64,000 nt of DNA, taken from the IMG/VR virus record IMGVR_UViG_3300003877_000001, positions 62,001 to 126,000 of that record. One strand, 5' to 3'. Numbering within the stretch: the stretch's first letter is position 1; every line of letters starts with the position of its first letter. The notes under the pieces are model-generated. The model did not search any database and was not told the DNA's origin. It worked only from the letters and a program-made list of their open reading frames with translations. The position numbers and the translations under genes are program-made. Below are positions 1-10,277 of the stretch, one piece after another.

Positions 1-1
1 T

Positions 2-1318
2 CCTCTTCAATCTAAAAAAATAAAAGAAAAACAAAGAAATACGATTTATAATAAATACGGAGTAAAAAATCTATCCAATTCAAAAATAATCCAAGAAAAG
101 AAAAAAGAAACTTCATTAAAAAAATATGGTGTTGAACACCCCTTCCAAAATAAAGAAATAAAAGAAAAAATAAGAGAAACAAATTTAAAAAAATATGGTG
201 TTGAATATTATGTTTCTTCAGAAAAAAATAAAATCTATTTAAAAGAAAAATTAGAATTAAATAAAAAATTAATATGGAAAAATAAACTAAACATTAGTGA
301 AAAAGATATAATAACACTAAAAGATAATTCTTTTCAAATTAAAAACAATTGTAATAATCATTTAGATGGATTTGAAATTAATAAATATAATTTATATAAT
401 AGAATAAAATATGGTGTAAAAAATATTTGTACGATCTGTAACCCAATTTCCGAACAATCATCAATTAAAGAAAATGAAATTAAGGATTGGTTGAAAAACG
501 ATTTAAAATTAAATATTATTGAAAATGATAGAGAAATCCTTAATGGTAAAGAATTAGATATTTATCTTCCTGATTTTAACTTAGCAATTGAATTTAATGG
601 TCTTTATTATCATTCAGATAAGTTTTTACCTAATAATTATCATTTAGATAAAACTGAATTATGTGAAGAAAAGGGAATACAGTTACTTCATATCTTCGAA
701 GACGAATGGATATATAAATCTGACATTGTTAAAAGTATAATTAAGGCTAAATTAGGATTAATAGGAAATAAAATATTTGGTAGGAAAACGGAATTAAAAG
801 AAATAACTTCTAAAGAAAGTAGAGAATTTCTTAATAATAATCATATACAAGGTAATGTAAATTCAAGCATTAGAATTGGTTTATTTCATGAAAATGAATT
901 AGTTAGTTTAATGACTTTTGGTAAAAAAAGGGTTATAATGAAATCTAAATCAAAAGAAGGTGAATATGAAATGTATAGATTTTGTAATAAACTAAATACT
1001 TCAGTCATTGGTGGTGCAAGTAAATTATTTAAATATTTTATTAATAATTATAAACCAGAAGAAGTAATATCATATGCAGATAGAAGATATTTTGATGGTA
1101 AAATGTACAAAAAATTGGGTTTTAATTTAGAAACTATTACCAAACCTAATTTTTGGTATGTTAAGGGGTTAAATAGATTTTATAGGTTTAACTTTAGAAA
1201 AGATAAATTAGTTTCAGAGGGCTATAACCCCAATAAAACAGCAGAAGAAATAATGATTCAAAGGAACTATTTTAAAATATATGATTCTGGAAATTTAAAA
1301 TATAGTCTTTATTTTTAA
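2..1318 (+). CDS. Hef/Vsr-like homing endonuclease with KYGV repeats (5' end outside window)
   Basis: Frame is open from base 2 ([21 protein letters not shown]...) into the listed 491 ORF; KYGV repeats, [16 protein letters not shown] motif, C-terminal SYADRR/YDSG domain. Confidence 0.75.
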   Translation, partial: PLQSKKIKEKQRNTIYNKYGVKNLSNSKIIQEKKKETSLKKYGVEHPFQNKEIKEKIRETNLKKYGVEYYVSSEKNKIYLKEKLELNKKLIWKNKLNISEKDIITLKDNSFQIKNNCNNHLDGFEINKYNLYNRIKYGVKNICTICNPISEQSSIKENEIKDWLKNDLKLNIIENDREILNGKELDIYLPDFNLAIEFNGLYYHSDKFLPNNYHLDKTELCEEKGIQLLHIFEDEWIYKSDIVKSIIKAKLGLIGNKIFGRKTELKEITSKESREFLNNNHIQGNVNSSIRIGLFHENELVSLMTFGKKRVIMKSKSKEGEYEMYRFCNKLNTSVIGGASKLFKYFINNYKPEEVISYADRRYFDGKMYKKLGFNLETITKPNFWYVKGLNRFYRFNFRKDKLVSEGYNPNKTAEEIMIQRNYFKIYDSGNLKYSLYF

Positions 1319-1423
1319 GCTTTATTCATTCCACATGGGTATATGATACAACCAATCATAATATTAATTCTTTTTTATAAATACTCTTTACTTTTATGTT
1401 TTTTTATATTATATTTGTAAAAT

Positions 1424-1753
1424 ATGATAGTACAAACGAAAACACACACAGAAGAAGATGGAACTACGGGATATATAGAATGTATTTTTGATTCATCAAA
1501 TATCCTAATGAGTACATATTTCCCAAAAACAGAAACTCTATATATTTCATTTAATAGAGGTGGTGTCTATTCGTATGGTGGTGTTGATCAAGAAAAATAT
1601 GATCAATTCGAATCATCGGATTCACAAGGTAAATTTTTTGTAAAAGAAATAAAAGGTGGTGATCATCCATTTAGAAAAGAATTTAAACTGTTTGAATCAG
1701 AAATAACAGCAGCGAAAGATATATTAAACGAATGGAAAGAAAACCAGAAGTAG
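1424..1753 (+). CDS. KTSC domain protein
   Basis: SSNI..Y....L.I.F..G..Y.Y..V......F..SDSQGKFF pattern. Confidence 0.8.
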   Translation: MIVQTKTHTEEDGTTGYIECIFDSSNILMSTYFPKTETLYISFNRGGVYSYGGVDQEKYDQFESSDSQGKFFVKEIKGGDHPFRKEFKLFESEITAAKDILNEWKENQK

Positions 1754-2016
1754 AAGATTTATTAAGTCAAATAAAATTATTAGAAATAACATTAGATTTT
1801 TACGGAAATGAAATGAATTATCCAGAAATGGTTAATAAAGACTTGGGAAATCAAGCTAGGTTTGCATTAAAACAAATTAAAAATACAAATAAATATACTG
1901 ATGATTTAATTGTTAATTTTAATAAAGCAATTGAAGGAAGAGATGATATTGACCAAGATCAAATTGATAAGGCAATGGAAATAATTAATAAGATTAAAAT
2001 AGAATTCAATAAATAA
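1732..2016 (+). CDS. hypothetical protein
   Basis: ORF track, coupled to neighbours. Confidence 0.5.
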   Translation: MERKPEVEDLLSQIKLLEITLDFYGNEMNYPEMVNKDLGNQARFALKQIKNTNKYTDDLIVNFNKAIEGRDDIDQDQIDKAMEIINKIKIEFNK

Positions 2017-2570
2017 TGATATCTGCAACAAGAATAGAATTTAAAAAATTACATAAAGATGCTATTGAACCAACAAAAGCACATAAACCAGATGGTGGTT
2101 TTGATTTAACATGTACATCAATAAAATATACAGATAAATATATTCAATATGGTACTGGTATTGCAATGCATATACCTGAAGGTTATGTTGGTCTTATATT
2201 TCCTAGAAGTTCTGTAACAAAAAAAGATTTAATGTTAAAGAATTCTGTTGGAGTAATTGATAGTGGGTATCTAGGGGAAATATCTTTCAGATTTTGGGAA
2301 TTAAATCATGAAGGACAAAGATTTAAAATCGATATTAACACAATACCAGACGATATATCTGTTTCAGATTATATTGATAAATATATGGTGCAGGGTATTA
2401 CAATTAAAAATATTCCTGAAATGAATAGAATATATGAACAATATGAAATAGGTGATAGAATAGGTCAAATAATAATATTTAAATTACCAGATGTTTTATT
2501 TATAGAAACAGATGAATTAGTTGATTCAGATAGAGGAACAGGTGGTTATGGTTCAACAGATAAAAAATAA
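2016..2570 (+). CDS. dut: trimeric dUTPase
   Basis: GFDL, PRSS, GVIDSGYLGE, RIGQ, RGTGGYGST motifs. Confidence 0.95.
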   Translation: MISATRIEFKKLHKDAIEPTKAHKPDGGFDLTCTSIKYTDKYIQYGTGIAMHIPEGYVGLIFPRSSVTKKDLMLKNSVGVIDSGYLGEISFRFWELNHEGQRFKIDINTIPDDISVSDYIDKYMVQGITIKNIPEMNRIYEQYEIGDRIGQIIIFKLPDVLFIETDELVDSDRGTGGYGSTDKK

Positions 2571-2715
2571 AATTATGAATTCAGAAATTGAAAAAGTATA
2601 TAAGATTAACATATTTATAAAAGCGTTTCAAGATATTTGTGAGCATGATAGTCATAAAGATCACTATGAATGTAAAATTTGTACATATAAAGATGCATAC
2701 TAAATAATTAAAATT

Positions 2716-2898
2716 ATGAAAGCAGGAAGACACGAAAGAAGACAAAGTGCACTAACAAGATTAGAAGCACAACTAAAATCAGGTAAAAAACCTGAAAAGG
2801 TAAATAAGAAATCAACAGGTAAAATGGTTGAACTTAATGATAAGGATAAGACTAGAATTTCTGGTGAAATAAATGTTTTAAAAGAAAGAGTAGTATAA
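2716..2898 (+). CDS. small basic hypothetical protein
   Basis: ORF track. Confidence 0.5.
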   Translation: MKAGRHERRQSALTRLEAQLKSGKKPEKVNKKSTGKMVELNDKDKTRISGEINVLKERVV

Positions 2899-3092
2899 TG
2901 GAAGATTTTAAGAAAGAATTAGAAGTTTTAATTAATAAACATTCTATGGAGAATGACTCCAATACACCAGATTACATCCTTGCAGAATATCTTACAGATT
3001 GTTTAATGGTTTTTAATAAAACAACACAAATAAGAAACGATTGGTACGGTAAAGAAGAAAAGAATAATATTTTTTTTAAAGAAGAAATATGA
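2898..3092 (+). CDS. conserved phage hypothetical protein
   Basis: LINKHSMENDSNTPDYILAEYL motif. Confidence 0.6.
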   Translation: MEDFKKELEVLINKHSMENDSNTPDYILAEYLTDCLMVFNKTTQIRNDWYGKEEKNNIFFKEEI

Positions 3093-3272
3093 GTAGACCA
3101 TATCAAGTACAATATTACGAAATAACCAAACGATTAATTGAAAATCCAATGAAAGTTGGTGATAGTAGAATTGGTAAAATCAATTAATAATATTGATGAA
3201 ATTACTGCTGGCGATATTGAAATTATCAATTATAATCCACAAGGATTTATTAAAGCACCATTATTAACATGA
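3089..3272 (+). pseudogene. thyA: thymidylate synthase remnant (N- and C-termini joined out of frame)
   Basis: MSRPYQVQYYEITKRLIENPMKVGDSRIG, then in another frame SINNIDEITAGDIEIINYNPQGFIKAPLLT*. Confidence 0.7.
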
Positions 3273-4453
3273 TAGTAAAAAACCAAGAAATTCCTACAAC
3301 AAAAAGTAGTAAAAAAATATTACAATTTAAATGTGATGATTGTAATCTTCTTTATGAAAGAAGGTGGGATTCTAGAATCAACTCAAATCTAAAACAAGGT
3401 AAAGATTTATGTAGAAGTTGTGCAAATAAAAACAGTTTTAATATAGATATCAATAAAAATTATGATAACATAAAGATTGAAAATTCATATACAATAACAT
3501 GTAAAAAATGTCAGAAAGAATTTAAAGTACCTAAGCACGAAAAGAATAGAATTTTTTGCTCAAAAAAATGTCAAATTAGTGGTATAAAAAGATCAAAAAA
3601 TTTAAACATTACAAATTGTTTGATTTGCAATAAAGAATTTTCACATTATGGTGAAAGGATTGTTTGCTCAAGAGAATGTTTAAGTGAATATATGAGTGAA
3701 AAGAGACTTAATGAAAACAATCCTTCTTGGATTGAAAATAAAGAAACTAATGTTTGCAAAAGATGTAATGAATCTTTTGAATATACAAGAAGAAACCTAC
3801 ATAAAGGACAAAAAAGAGTATTTTGTTCGTTAGCGTGTTCACGAAATAATGGAAACAATAAAGAATTCATTGAAAATAATGATAACAACTATAAATACCC
3901 TAGAGTTTTCAATAATAAATTGAAAAATAGAATTAAAGATAGAGATGGTCATAAATGTCAATTATGTTCATCAGAGAAAAATTTGGAAATACACCATATC
4001 GATTATGATAAAAAAAATTGTGAAGATGATAATTTAATTACATTATGTAAAAAATGCCATAATATAACTAATCACAATAGGGGGTTTTGGTTACAAGTAT
4101 TTATTGGATTACAATCTAACTCAAAAATAGTTAAAAAGGGTTGGGGTTTAGAAATACATATTGTTAATCATAACGAATATTGTTTGAAATATTTAATATT
4201 CTTTAATGGTAAAAAGTTTAGTTGGCATAAACATCTGCTAAAAAAAGAATTATGGGTATGTATGTGGGGTAAATTTGAATGTGTTATAAATACAAATGAA
4301 CATTATGAATATTTAAAATTATCTAAAGGAGATAAAATAGAAATACTACCATCAACAGAACATCAAGTTCAGGCATTGACAAATTCAATACTTATGGAAG
4401 TATCCACAAAAGATTTTCTAGAAGATTCAATAAGAATAGAAAAGGGCGATTAA
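3269..4453 (+). CDS. Zn-ribbon/HNH endonuclease fused to a C-terminal cupin (sugar isomerase-like)
   Basis: CxxC/FCS repeats, RDGHKCQLC..IHHIDYDKKN..NLITLCKKCH, then VKKGWG.E...FSWHKH..KKE...EVST.D..EDSIRIEKGD. Confidence 0.75.
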   Translation: MIVKNQEIPTTKSSKKILQFKCDDCNLLYERRWDSRINSNLKQGKDLCRSCANKNSFNIDINKNYDNIKIENSYTITCKKCQKEFKVPKHEKNRIFCSKKCQISGIKRSKNLNITNCLICNKEFSHYGERIVCSRECLSEYMSEKRLNENNPSWIENKETNVCKRCNESFEYTRRNLHKGQKRVFCSLACSRNNGNNKEFIENNDNNYKYPRVFNNKLKNRIKDRDGHKCQLCSSEKNLEIHHIDYDKKNCEDDNLITLCKKCHNITNHNRGFWLQVFIGLQSNSKIVKKGWGLEIHIVNHNEYCLKYLIFFNGKKFSWHKHLLKKELWVCMWGKFECVINTNEHYEYLKLSKGDKIEILPSTEHQVQALTNSILMEVSTKDFLEDSIRIEKGD

Positions 4454-4468
4454 ATTTATAAAAAAATC

Positions 4469-4891
4469 ATGAAAAAAGTTTGGGTAAACGGTTGTTTTGA
4501 TATTTTACATTCAGGTCATATTGAATTACTTGAATATGCTAAAAGTATGGGTGACCATTTAATAGTTGGGTTAGATACTGACGAAAGAGTAAGAAAATCT
4601 AAAGGTAAATATAGACCAATAATACCTTTAAGTGATAGAAGAGTAATTATCGAAGCATTAGAATGCGTTGACCATGTTGTTTATTTTAATTCAAATGAAG
4701 AATTAAAATTTTTAATTAAACATAATTATATTAATATGATGGTAGTTGGTGAAGAATATAAAGATAAGGAAGTAATTGGTGCTGAACATGTCAATAATAT
4801 AATGTATTTTAATCTTAAAACTGGTAGATCAACAACTGGAATTATTAATAAAATATTAGGAGAACATTGTAAAGAAAAATTTCACAAATGA
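4469..4891 (+). CDS. cytidylyltransferase (TagD/RfaE-II family)
   Basis: GCFDILHSGH (HxGH), KG..RPI, RSTT. Confidence 0.9.
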   Translation: MKKVWVNGCFDILHSGHIELLEYAKSMGDHLIVGLDTDERVRKSKGKYRPIIPLSDRRVIIEALECVDHVVYFNSNEELKFLIKHNYINMMVVGEEYKDKEVIGAEHVNNIMYFNLKTGRSTTGIINKILGEHCKEKFHK

Positions 4892-5244
4892 AAGTAATTA
4901 TTGCAGGTGGAAGAAAATATGATGATTATGACACACTAAAAAAATATTGTGATTATATTCTTCAAAATTCAAATGATATTGAAATCGTTTGTGGAACTGC
5001 ATATGGTGCTGATAAATTAGGTGAACAATATGCTATTGAAAATGAATTTAAAATAAAATATTTTAAACCTGATTGGGGTAAATTTGGAAAATCTGCTGGA
5101 TATATACGTAATGATGAAATGGCTAAATATGGAGATTCTGCTATTGTTTTTTGGGATGGAAAAAGTAAAGGAAGTAAACATATGATTGATTTATCAATAA
5201 AATATAATTTAAAATTAAGAGTTTTCAATTATCAGCACCTTTAG
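4888..5244 (+). CDS. SLOG/YspA-like (DUF2493) protein
   Basis: VIIAGGR, G.A.GAD, AGYIRN..M, FWDGKSKGS.HM. Confidence 0.85.
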   Translation: MKVIIAGGRKYDDYDTLKKYCDYILQNSNDIEIVCGTAYGADKLGEQYAIENEFKIKYFKPDWGKFGKSAGYIRNDEMAKYGDSAIVFWDGKSKGSKHMIDLSIKYNLKLRVFNYQHL

Positions 5245-5447
5245 CACCACTAATAAAAAATAGATTAGGTCAGCCAACATTAAAAATAATATTAAGATTA
5301 GATATTAATGGTAGTGTTATTGATGAATGGAATAAAATTTATGAGTAGAGAATTAAAAGAATATAAATTAAATGATGCTGCTGTTGTAAGAGTTGCAAAA
5401 GGAAAACAAAATTATCACAAAGGATTTAAATTCAAATATAAAAATTA

Positions 5448-5687
5448 ATGAGTATATTTGCATGGATATTAATTATAATTCTTGCTTTAGTTATCTTATT
5501 ATTATCAATAGCATTGGTAATGGTAATAAAAAAAGCAACATATCTTTCTAATAAAGAGAAGGATATGATTAAATTTAGTATCGATATGTATGTTGACTAT
5601 GGTGAAGAAATTGGAATAACTGATGAAAAACAACATCCAATTATAGTAAATGAATTAGAAAAAATTAAAAAGAAAATCAATGTTTAG
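5448..5687 (+). CDS. membrane protein
   Basis: N-terminal hydrophobic helix. Confidence 0.6.
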   Translation: MSIFAWILIIILALVILLLSIALVMVIKKATYLSNKEKDMIKFSIDMYVDYGEEIGITDEKQHPIIVNELEKIKKKINV

Positions 5688-6402
5688 TCAAGTAGAAACA
5701 AAACAAGTTTATAGTAAATATACTGCATCAGATAAGAAAGTGTGGAAATTACTTTTTGAAAAGCAAGTTGCTAATCTAAAAGAAAACGATATGGCTGTTA
5801 TGGAGTTTTGGAATGGACTTGGTAGATTAAAATTAGATAATACAATACCAAATATTGAAGAAATCAACCAACGTTTAAAAGAATTAGATAGTGATTTTCA
5901 GTTAATACCTGTAAATGGTATAGTTCCAGATGATAAATTTTTTGAATATCTTAGACTAAGTAAATTCCCTGTTACTGTTTGGATTAGATCAATTGATTCA
6001 TTGGATTATATTGAAGAACCTGATATGTTTCATGATTTATTTGGTCACGTACCATTTCTTTTAAATAAAAACTACACACATTTTTTGAAAAAAATAGGTG
6101 AAGCATCAAAGAAAATTTTTAGATATAAAAAATATAAACATTTAAGAAACCACATGTCTAGACTATATTGGTATACAATTGAGTTTGGTCTTGTAAAAAT
6201 GAATCATAGATATAAAATTTATGGTGCAGGCATCTTATCATCATATCATGAATCAATTAAAGCATTAAGTAGTTCTTCAGAGAAAATAAGATATAATATA
6301 GGACTATTGAAAGAACAATTTGAAAAAGACGACTACCAAGAATTCTACGCTTATATTGAAAAGAATACAAAATTTTTAATTAAAATAAATGTAAACTTAT
6401 GA
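5680..6402 (+). CDS. phhA: phenylalanine 4-hydroxylase
   Basis: EEPDMFHDLFGHVP, LYWYTIEFGL, YGAGILSS (His-His-Glu iron ligands). Confidence 0.92.
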   Translation: MFSQVETKQVYSKYTASDKKVWKLLFEKQVANLKENDMAVMEFWNGLGRLKLDNTIPNIEEINQRLKELDSDFQLIPVNGIVPDDKFFEYLRLSKFPVTVWIRSIDSLDYIEEPDMFHDLFGHVPFLLNKNYTHFLKKIGEASKKIFRYKKYKHLRNHMSRLYWYTIEFGLVKMNHRYKIYGAGILSSYHESIKALSSSSEKIRYNIGLLKEQFEKDDYQEFYAYIEKNTKFLIKINVNL

Positions 6403-6938
6403 AAAATTTAGAAAAAAGGATGTACTTTTTAGTTCCGTATAATATTTCAGACATACAAAAATCGATCCAAGCAGGACATGCAGCATTAGAATATGCACAT
6501 ATACATGGTAATGATGAAGAATATATAGATTTTATTGAAAACTGGAAAACTTGGATTATATTAAATGGTGGTACAACAAATTCAAATTTAGATTCTGAAG
6601 AAATACCACGTGGCACTCTTGATAGAGATTTTCTTTCAATAATTGAATATAATGAAACAACCAAACATGGTGTTATTTCACCAAAAATTAAATATTCTAG
6701 ATTTAATGAACCAGATTTAAATAATGCATTAACAGCAGTTTGTTTAGTTGTAGACGAAAGAGTCTTCAATAGAGAAGATTATCCTGATTTTAGAGAATGG
6801 ACAAAAAAATGGGAACATGAAGCCGAATATTTTAATTGGAGTGTTGAAAAACAAATCGATGAATATATTAAGGATATTGGTATAGATTATAAAACTTACT
6901 TCCTTAAAGAATTATTAAATACTAAAAAACTAGCATAA
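6399..6938 (+). CDS. peptidyl-tRNA hydrolase II-like protein
   Basis: IQAGHAA and F.EPDLNNALTAVC motifs. Confidence 0.7.
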   Translation: MKNLEKRMYFLVPYNISDIQKSIQAGHAALEYAHIHGNDEEYIDFIENWKTWIILNGGTTNSNLDSEEIPRGTLDRDFLSIIEYNETTKHGVISPKIKYSRFNEPDLNNALTAVCLVVDERVFNREDYPDFREWTKKWEHEAEYFNWSVEKQIDEYIKDIGIDYKTYFLKELLNTKKLA

Positions 6939-7160
6939 TGAATAAAAGAGACATTCTAGCCGATATGGAAGGTGAATGGTTATTTGCAGACGGTTTTGAT
7001 GAAGCAATTATTAGTATATATGATGAAAAGGTGGTATATTCACTTAATGTATTGAAATATTAAATACTGATTTTGGTATGTCTGAAGAAGAAGCAATTGA
7101 ATATTATTATTTCAATGTTGTTGGAGCATATGTGGGTAAGAAAACACCAATATTTGTATA
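6938..7160 (+). pseudogene. frameshifted conserved small phage protein
   Basis: LFADGFDEAII... then in another frame MSEEEAIEYYYFNVVGAYVGKKTPIFV*. Confidence 0.5.
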
Positions 7161-7238
7161 AGACGAATTATTTGTTTAACAAGTAAAGTGTTAAATTTAT
7201 TCCATTTTAAATTTTCACAGTATTTATGTTAAAGAAAT

Positions 7239-8048
7239 ATGAAGAATCTAAAATGTTCTGGAATATATGTTATTGAAAATATTATTAATAATAAAAAATA
7301 TATAGGGTCTTCCAAAAATATTCATAAAAGAATTAAAAAACATTTTGAATTATTAAAAAGAAATAAACATCATTCACTTTATTTACAAAATTCATATAAT
7401 AAACACGGTAAATCTAATTTTAAATATTATCTTTTAGAAGATTGTCTAACTGAAAATTTATTAAAAACCGAACAAAAACATTTAGATAATATTAAAAATT
7501 GGAAAAATTCATTTAATATGTCAAAAATTGCAAAGGGAAATTCTTTTGATTTATCTACACACCCTAATGAAATAGAAATAAGAAAAAAAATTAGTGAAGC
7601 AAGTAAAGGTAGGGGTAGTAAACCATTTATTATTGATAATAATAAATATAAGACACTTAAAGATGCTGCAAACGAATTTAATGTTGATATTAAAACAATT
7701 TCATATAAAATAAAAAATTGGAAATATAAAAATTATTATTATGAAAATAAACCAAAGGAAGGTGAATTTATTAATAATAAATATGGGTGTTATTGGTATA
7801 AACCAAAAATTAATAAAGAGAAGAAAATAAATTATTGTGTTTGTGGGAATAAAATAACATATAAAGCAATTAATTGTCGTAAATGTGCTGGAATTAAATA
7901 TGCACATACTAAAAAAATAATAATTAATGGAATTATTTACGATAGTATATCAATTGCAGCTAAAGATTTAAACATATCAAAACCACTATTGTTTTATAGA
8001 TTAAAATCAAATACAATACAATTTAAAAAATATCAATATGTAAATTAA
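7239..8048 (+). CDS. GIY-YIG homing endonuclease
   Basis: SGIYVIENIINNKKYIGSS; NUMOD-like C-terminal repeats. Confidence 0.9.
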   Translation: MKNLKCSGIYVIENIINNKKYIGSSKNIHKRIKKHFELLKRNKHHSLYLQNSYNKHGKSNFKYYLLEDCLTENLLKTEQKHLDNIKNWKNSFNMSKIAKGNSFDLSTHPNEIEIRKKISEASKGRGSKPFIIDNNKYKTLKDAANEFNVDIKTISYKIKNWKYKNYYYENKPKEGEFINNKYGCYWYKPKINKEKKINYCVCGNKITYKAINCRKCAGIKYAHTKKIIINGIIYDSISIAAKDLNISKPLLFYRLKSNTIQFKKYQYVN

Positions 8049-8051
8049 TCA

Positions 8052-8618
8052 CTATTTTAATGAATCTCCTTGTAAAAATGGAATAGTATCCAATCTCACT
8101 GGAACACCTATGATCTGCTTCCAGTAAGGTTTAAAACCAGCAATTGTTTGTTGTGTAGAGTCAACTACATTTTGAGCAGATTCTACTTCATAATAACGTG
8201 GTTTTTCACCAGATTGATTAAATTCCATAATATCACCACGATCAATATCAAGTTTCTTTCTTTTTAATTCATTAAGATATACACTAACTCTAAGTTCACC
8301 AGTATCATCACGTGATATTCCACCTTCACCACCAGCATAATATTCACCATCCTTTTCAGCAATATTAATCATTACATTAATTTTAACAGGTGGTAAATAT
8401 TTTTTATCTTTAGCTTTAGATTGTCCATAAAGATCATGTGTTTTGGTTTCAATAATATTTATTTTATGAATTAATACAAAATAATTCACATCAACATCCA
8501 AATAATGTTCACCATACATAACATCAAGGTCAAATGATTCATCATCCATAAATAAACCATAACGTTGGTTTTCTAAATCAATATGTTTTTCTTTCTTCTT
8601 AGCCATTTTAACTATCAA
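8052..8618 (-). CDS. putative neck/head-completion protein (gp14-like)
   Basis: DLYGQS motif; lies downstream of gp13-like gene. Confidence 0.55.
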   Translation of the reverse strand: MIVKMAKKKEKHIDLENQRYGLFMDDESFDLDVMYGEHYLDVDVNYFVLIHKINIIETKTHDLYGQSKAKDKKYLPPVKINVMINIAEKDGEYYAGGEGGISRDDTGELRVSVYLNELKRKKLDIDRGDIMEFNQSGEKPRYYEVESAQNVVDSTQQTIAGFKPYWKQIIGVPVRLDTIPFLQGDSLK

Positions 8619-8814
8619 ATACTACAATTTCAATATTCTTAATTTCAAAATTATCCATAGATAACTCACAACCTTCTTGTGATTTTATATATTTTCTAAA
8701 TGCTTCTTCATTCATTGTATCTGGAAATACTTGTGGATGTGATGCTGTTGCAAATTCACCTTTACCTAAATAGTGACCATATTCACCAGTATGTTTATGT
8801 ATAAAAACTTTCAT
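8608..8814 (-). CDS. hypothetical protein
   Basis: ORF track, coupled to neighbours. Confidence 0.5.
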   Translation of the reverse strand: MKVFIHKHTGEYGHYLGKGEFATASHPQVFPDTMNEEAFRKYIKSQEGCELSMDNFEIKNIEIVVFDS

Positions 8815-9929
8815 TAATATGTCATTATTGGAAATTTAGGTGGTTGATAACCTCTTTCTCTATTTATATTTTCAGCGATTGTTGCTCTATCTGTCGTTAA
8901 TTGAACGAGTGATATTTTATTTAATGTTTCAAAAATTTTATCTTTTGTAGCTGTTTTCAATTCTTGACCTTCATCAATTAAATGGCGATAATCCATTGTT
9001 AATTGTTTTTCAGTAGCACCAACTTCACCAGAGAAGAATCCTCTCACACCACCAACATTTATTTTGGTTCTAGAAATTAATAAATCTCTTATTTGCTGAC
9101 GAGCAACAGAATTTACTTCATCGTAACTCAATTCATCAATAGGTGCATCAGAAGGTAACTTAACAACGTCTTTATTATCCTTCAAACACTCTTCTCTATT
9201 TCCTTCAGTATCATAATAGAAATACCAAACTTTACGACCAGCATAATGCTTACCCCATCTATCACGTATTTCTTCTCTACTACCCGGAATTGGATATAGA
9301 TGTAATAATTTTCTACCATCTTCTAAACCAGTAATTCTAAAGGTTAATTCAGATTGCATTATTCTCTCTTTTGTTCTTCTATCTTGTGATGCCATTAATA
9401 ATGAATATGTTGGTTGAACATACATTGCTGGACGACCCATATAAGACCAACCCATACCACCTGCTTGAAAATTACCTAAAGCAAATGGATCAACTAACCC
9501 TTGATTAATTGATGGTGATGTTTCCCATAATACTTCATTAACTTCCCTATTTGCTGGAATAATATAATGTTGTGTATTGGCTGATGTAGTAATAAAATCT
9601 CTTTTTAGTTCCCATTTGTTACCTGTAGGTGCATTAGTACCTAAACCAACTTGTTTAGAATATGCATATGTAAAAGATTGCATAAAGTCATTAGATTTTG
9701 TAGTAAATGCATTAAAAAAATCACCACCATCTATTTCTAATCCCTGTAAACCAACCCATTGTTGTTCAATTAACCACTCATTAACATAAGCGGAATAATC
9801 TTCAATAGCCATTTCAAGATAAGTATCCATCATAGGATCAGTTAATTCAAACTTTCTAAGAGGATATCCTAACTCATGTTTAACTTGTCTTAATAATTTA
9901 TTTCTTGAAACTGTTGATATTGTAGCCAT
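8814..9929 (-). CDS. neck protein (gp13-like)
   Basis: LGYP...ELT....D..LE.A N-terminus typical of T4 gp13. Confidence 0.7.
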   Translation of the reverse strand: MATISTVSRNKLLRQVKHELGYPLRKFELTDPMMDTYLEMAIEDYSAYVNEWLIEQQWVGLQGLEIDGGDFFNAFTTKSNDFMQSFTYAYSKQVGLGTNAPTGNKWELKRDFITTSANTQHYIIPANREVNEVLWETSPSINQGLVDPFALGNFQAGGMGWSYMGRPAMYVQPTYSLLMASQDRRTKERIMQSELTFRITGLEDGRKLLHLYPIPGSREEIRDRWGKHYAGRKVWYFYYDTEGNREECLKDNKDVVKLPSDAPIDELSYDEVNSVARQQIRDLLISRTKINVGGVRGFFSGEVGATEKQLTMDYRHLIDEGQELKTATKDKIFETLNKISLVQLTTDRATIAENINRERGYQPPKFPIMTY

Positions 9930-9980
9930 AATGTAATATATTTGTGAATTATAATTATAAATACTTAAAGAAATTACTTT

Positions 9981-10277
9981 ATGAAGAATTTTGAATATGA
10001 AATTAAATTAAATGATGATGGTAGACCTTATATCCACATAGATGATCCTAAGTTAGAAGTATCACATAGATTTGCATGTTTAGAATTAACTAAATACATG
10101 TTATTTGAGTTAATGAAAAATAAAGAGGAACTTCCTGAAGATTTTTTAAAAGATTTAGCAATAGCAGGTGATATGGTTAGCGGTATTTCAGATAAAATGG
10201 CTGATATATTAAAAGGTCAAATGAATGCTATGAGTGATCTTGATGATATGTTAAATACAGACACAGAAGACAAATAA
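9981..10277 (+). CDS. hypothetical protein
   Basis: ORF track. Confidence 0.5.
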   Translation: MKNFEYEIKLNDDGRPYIHIDDPKLEVSHRFACLELTKYMLFELMKNKEELPEDFLKDLAIAGDMVSGISDKMADILKGQMNAMSDLDDMLNTDTEDK

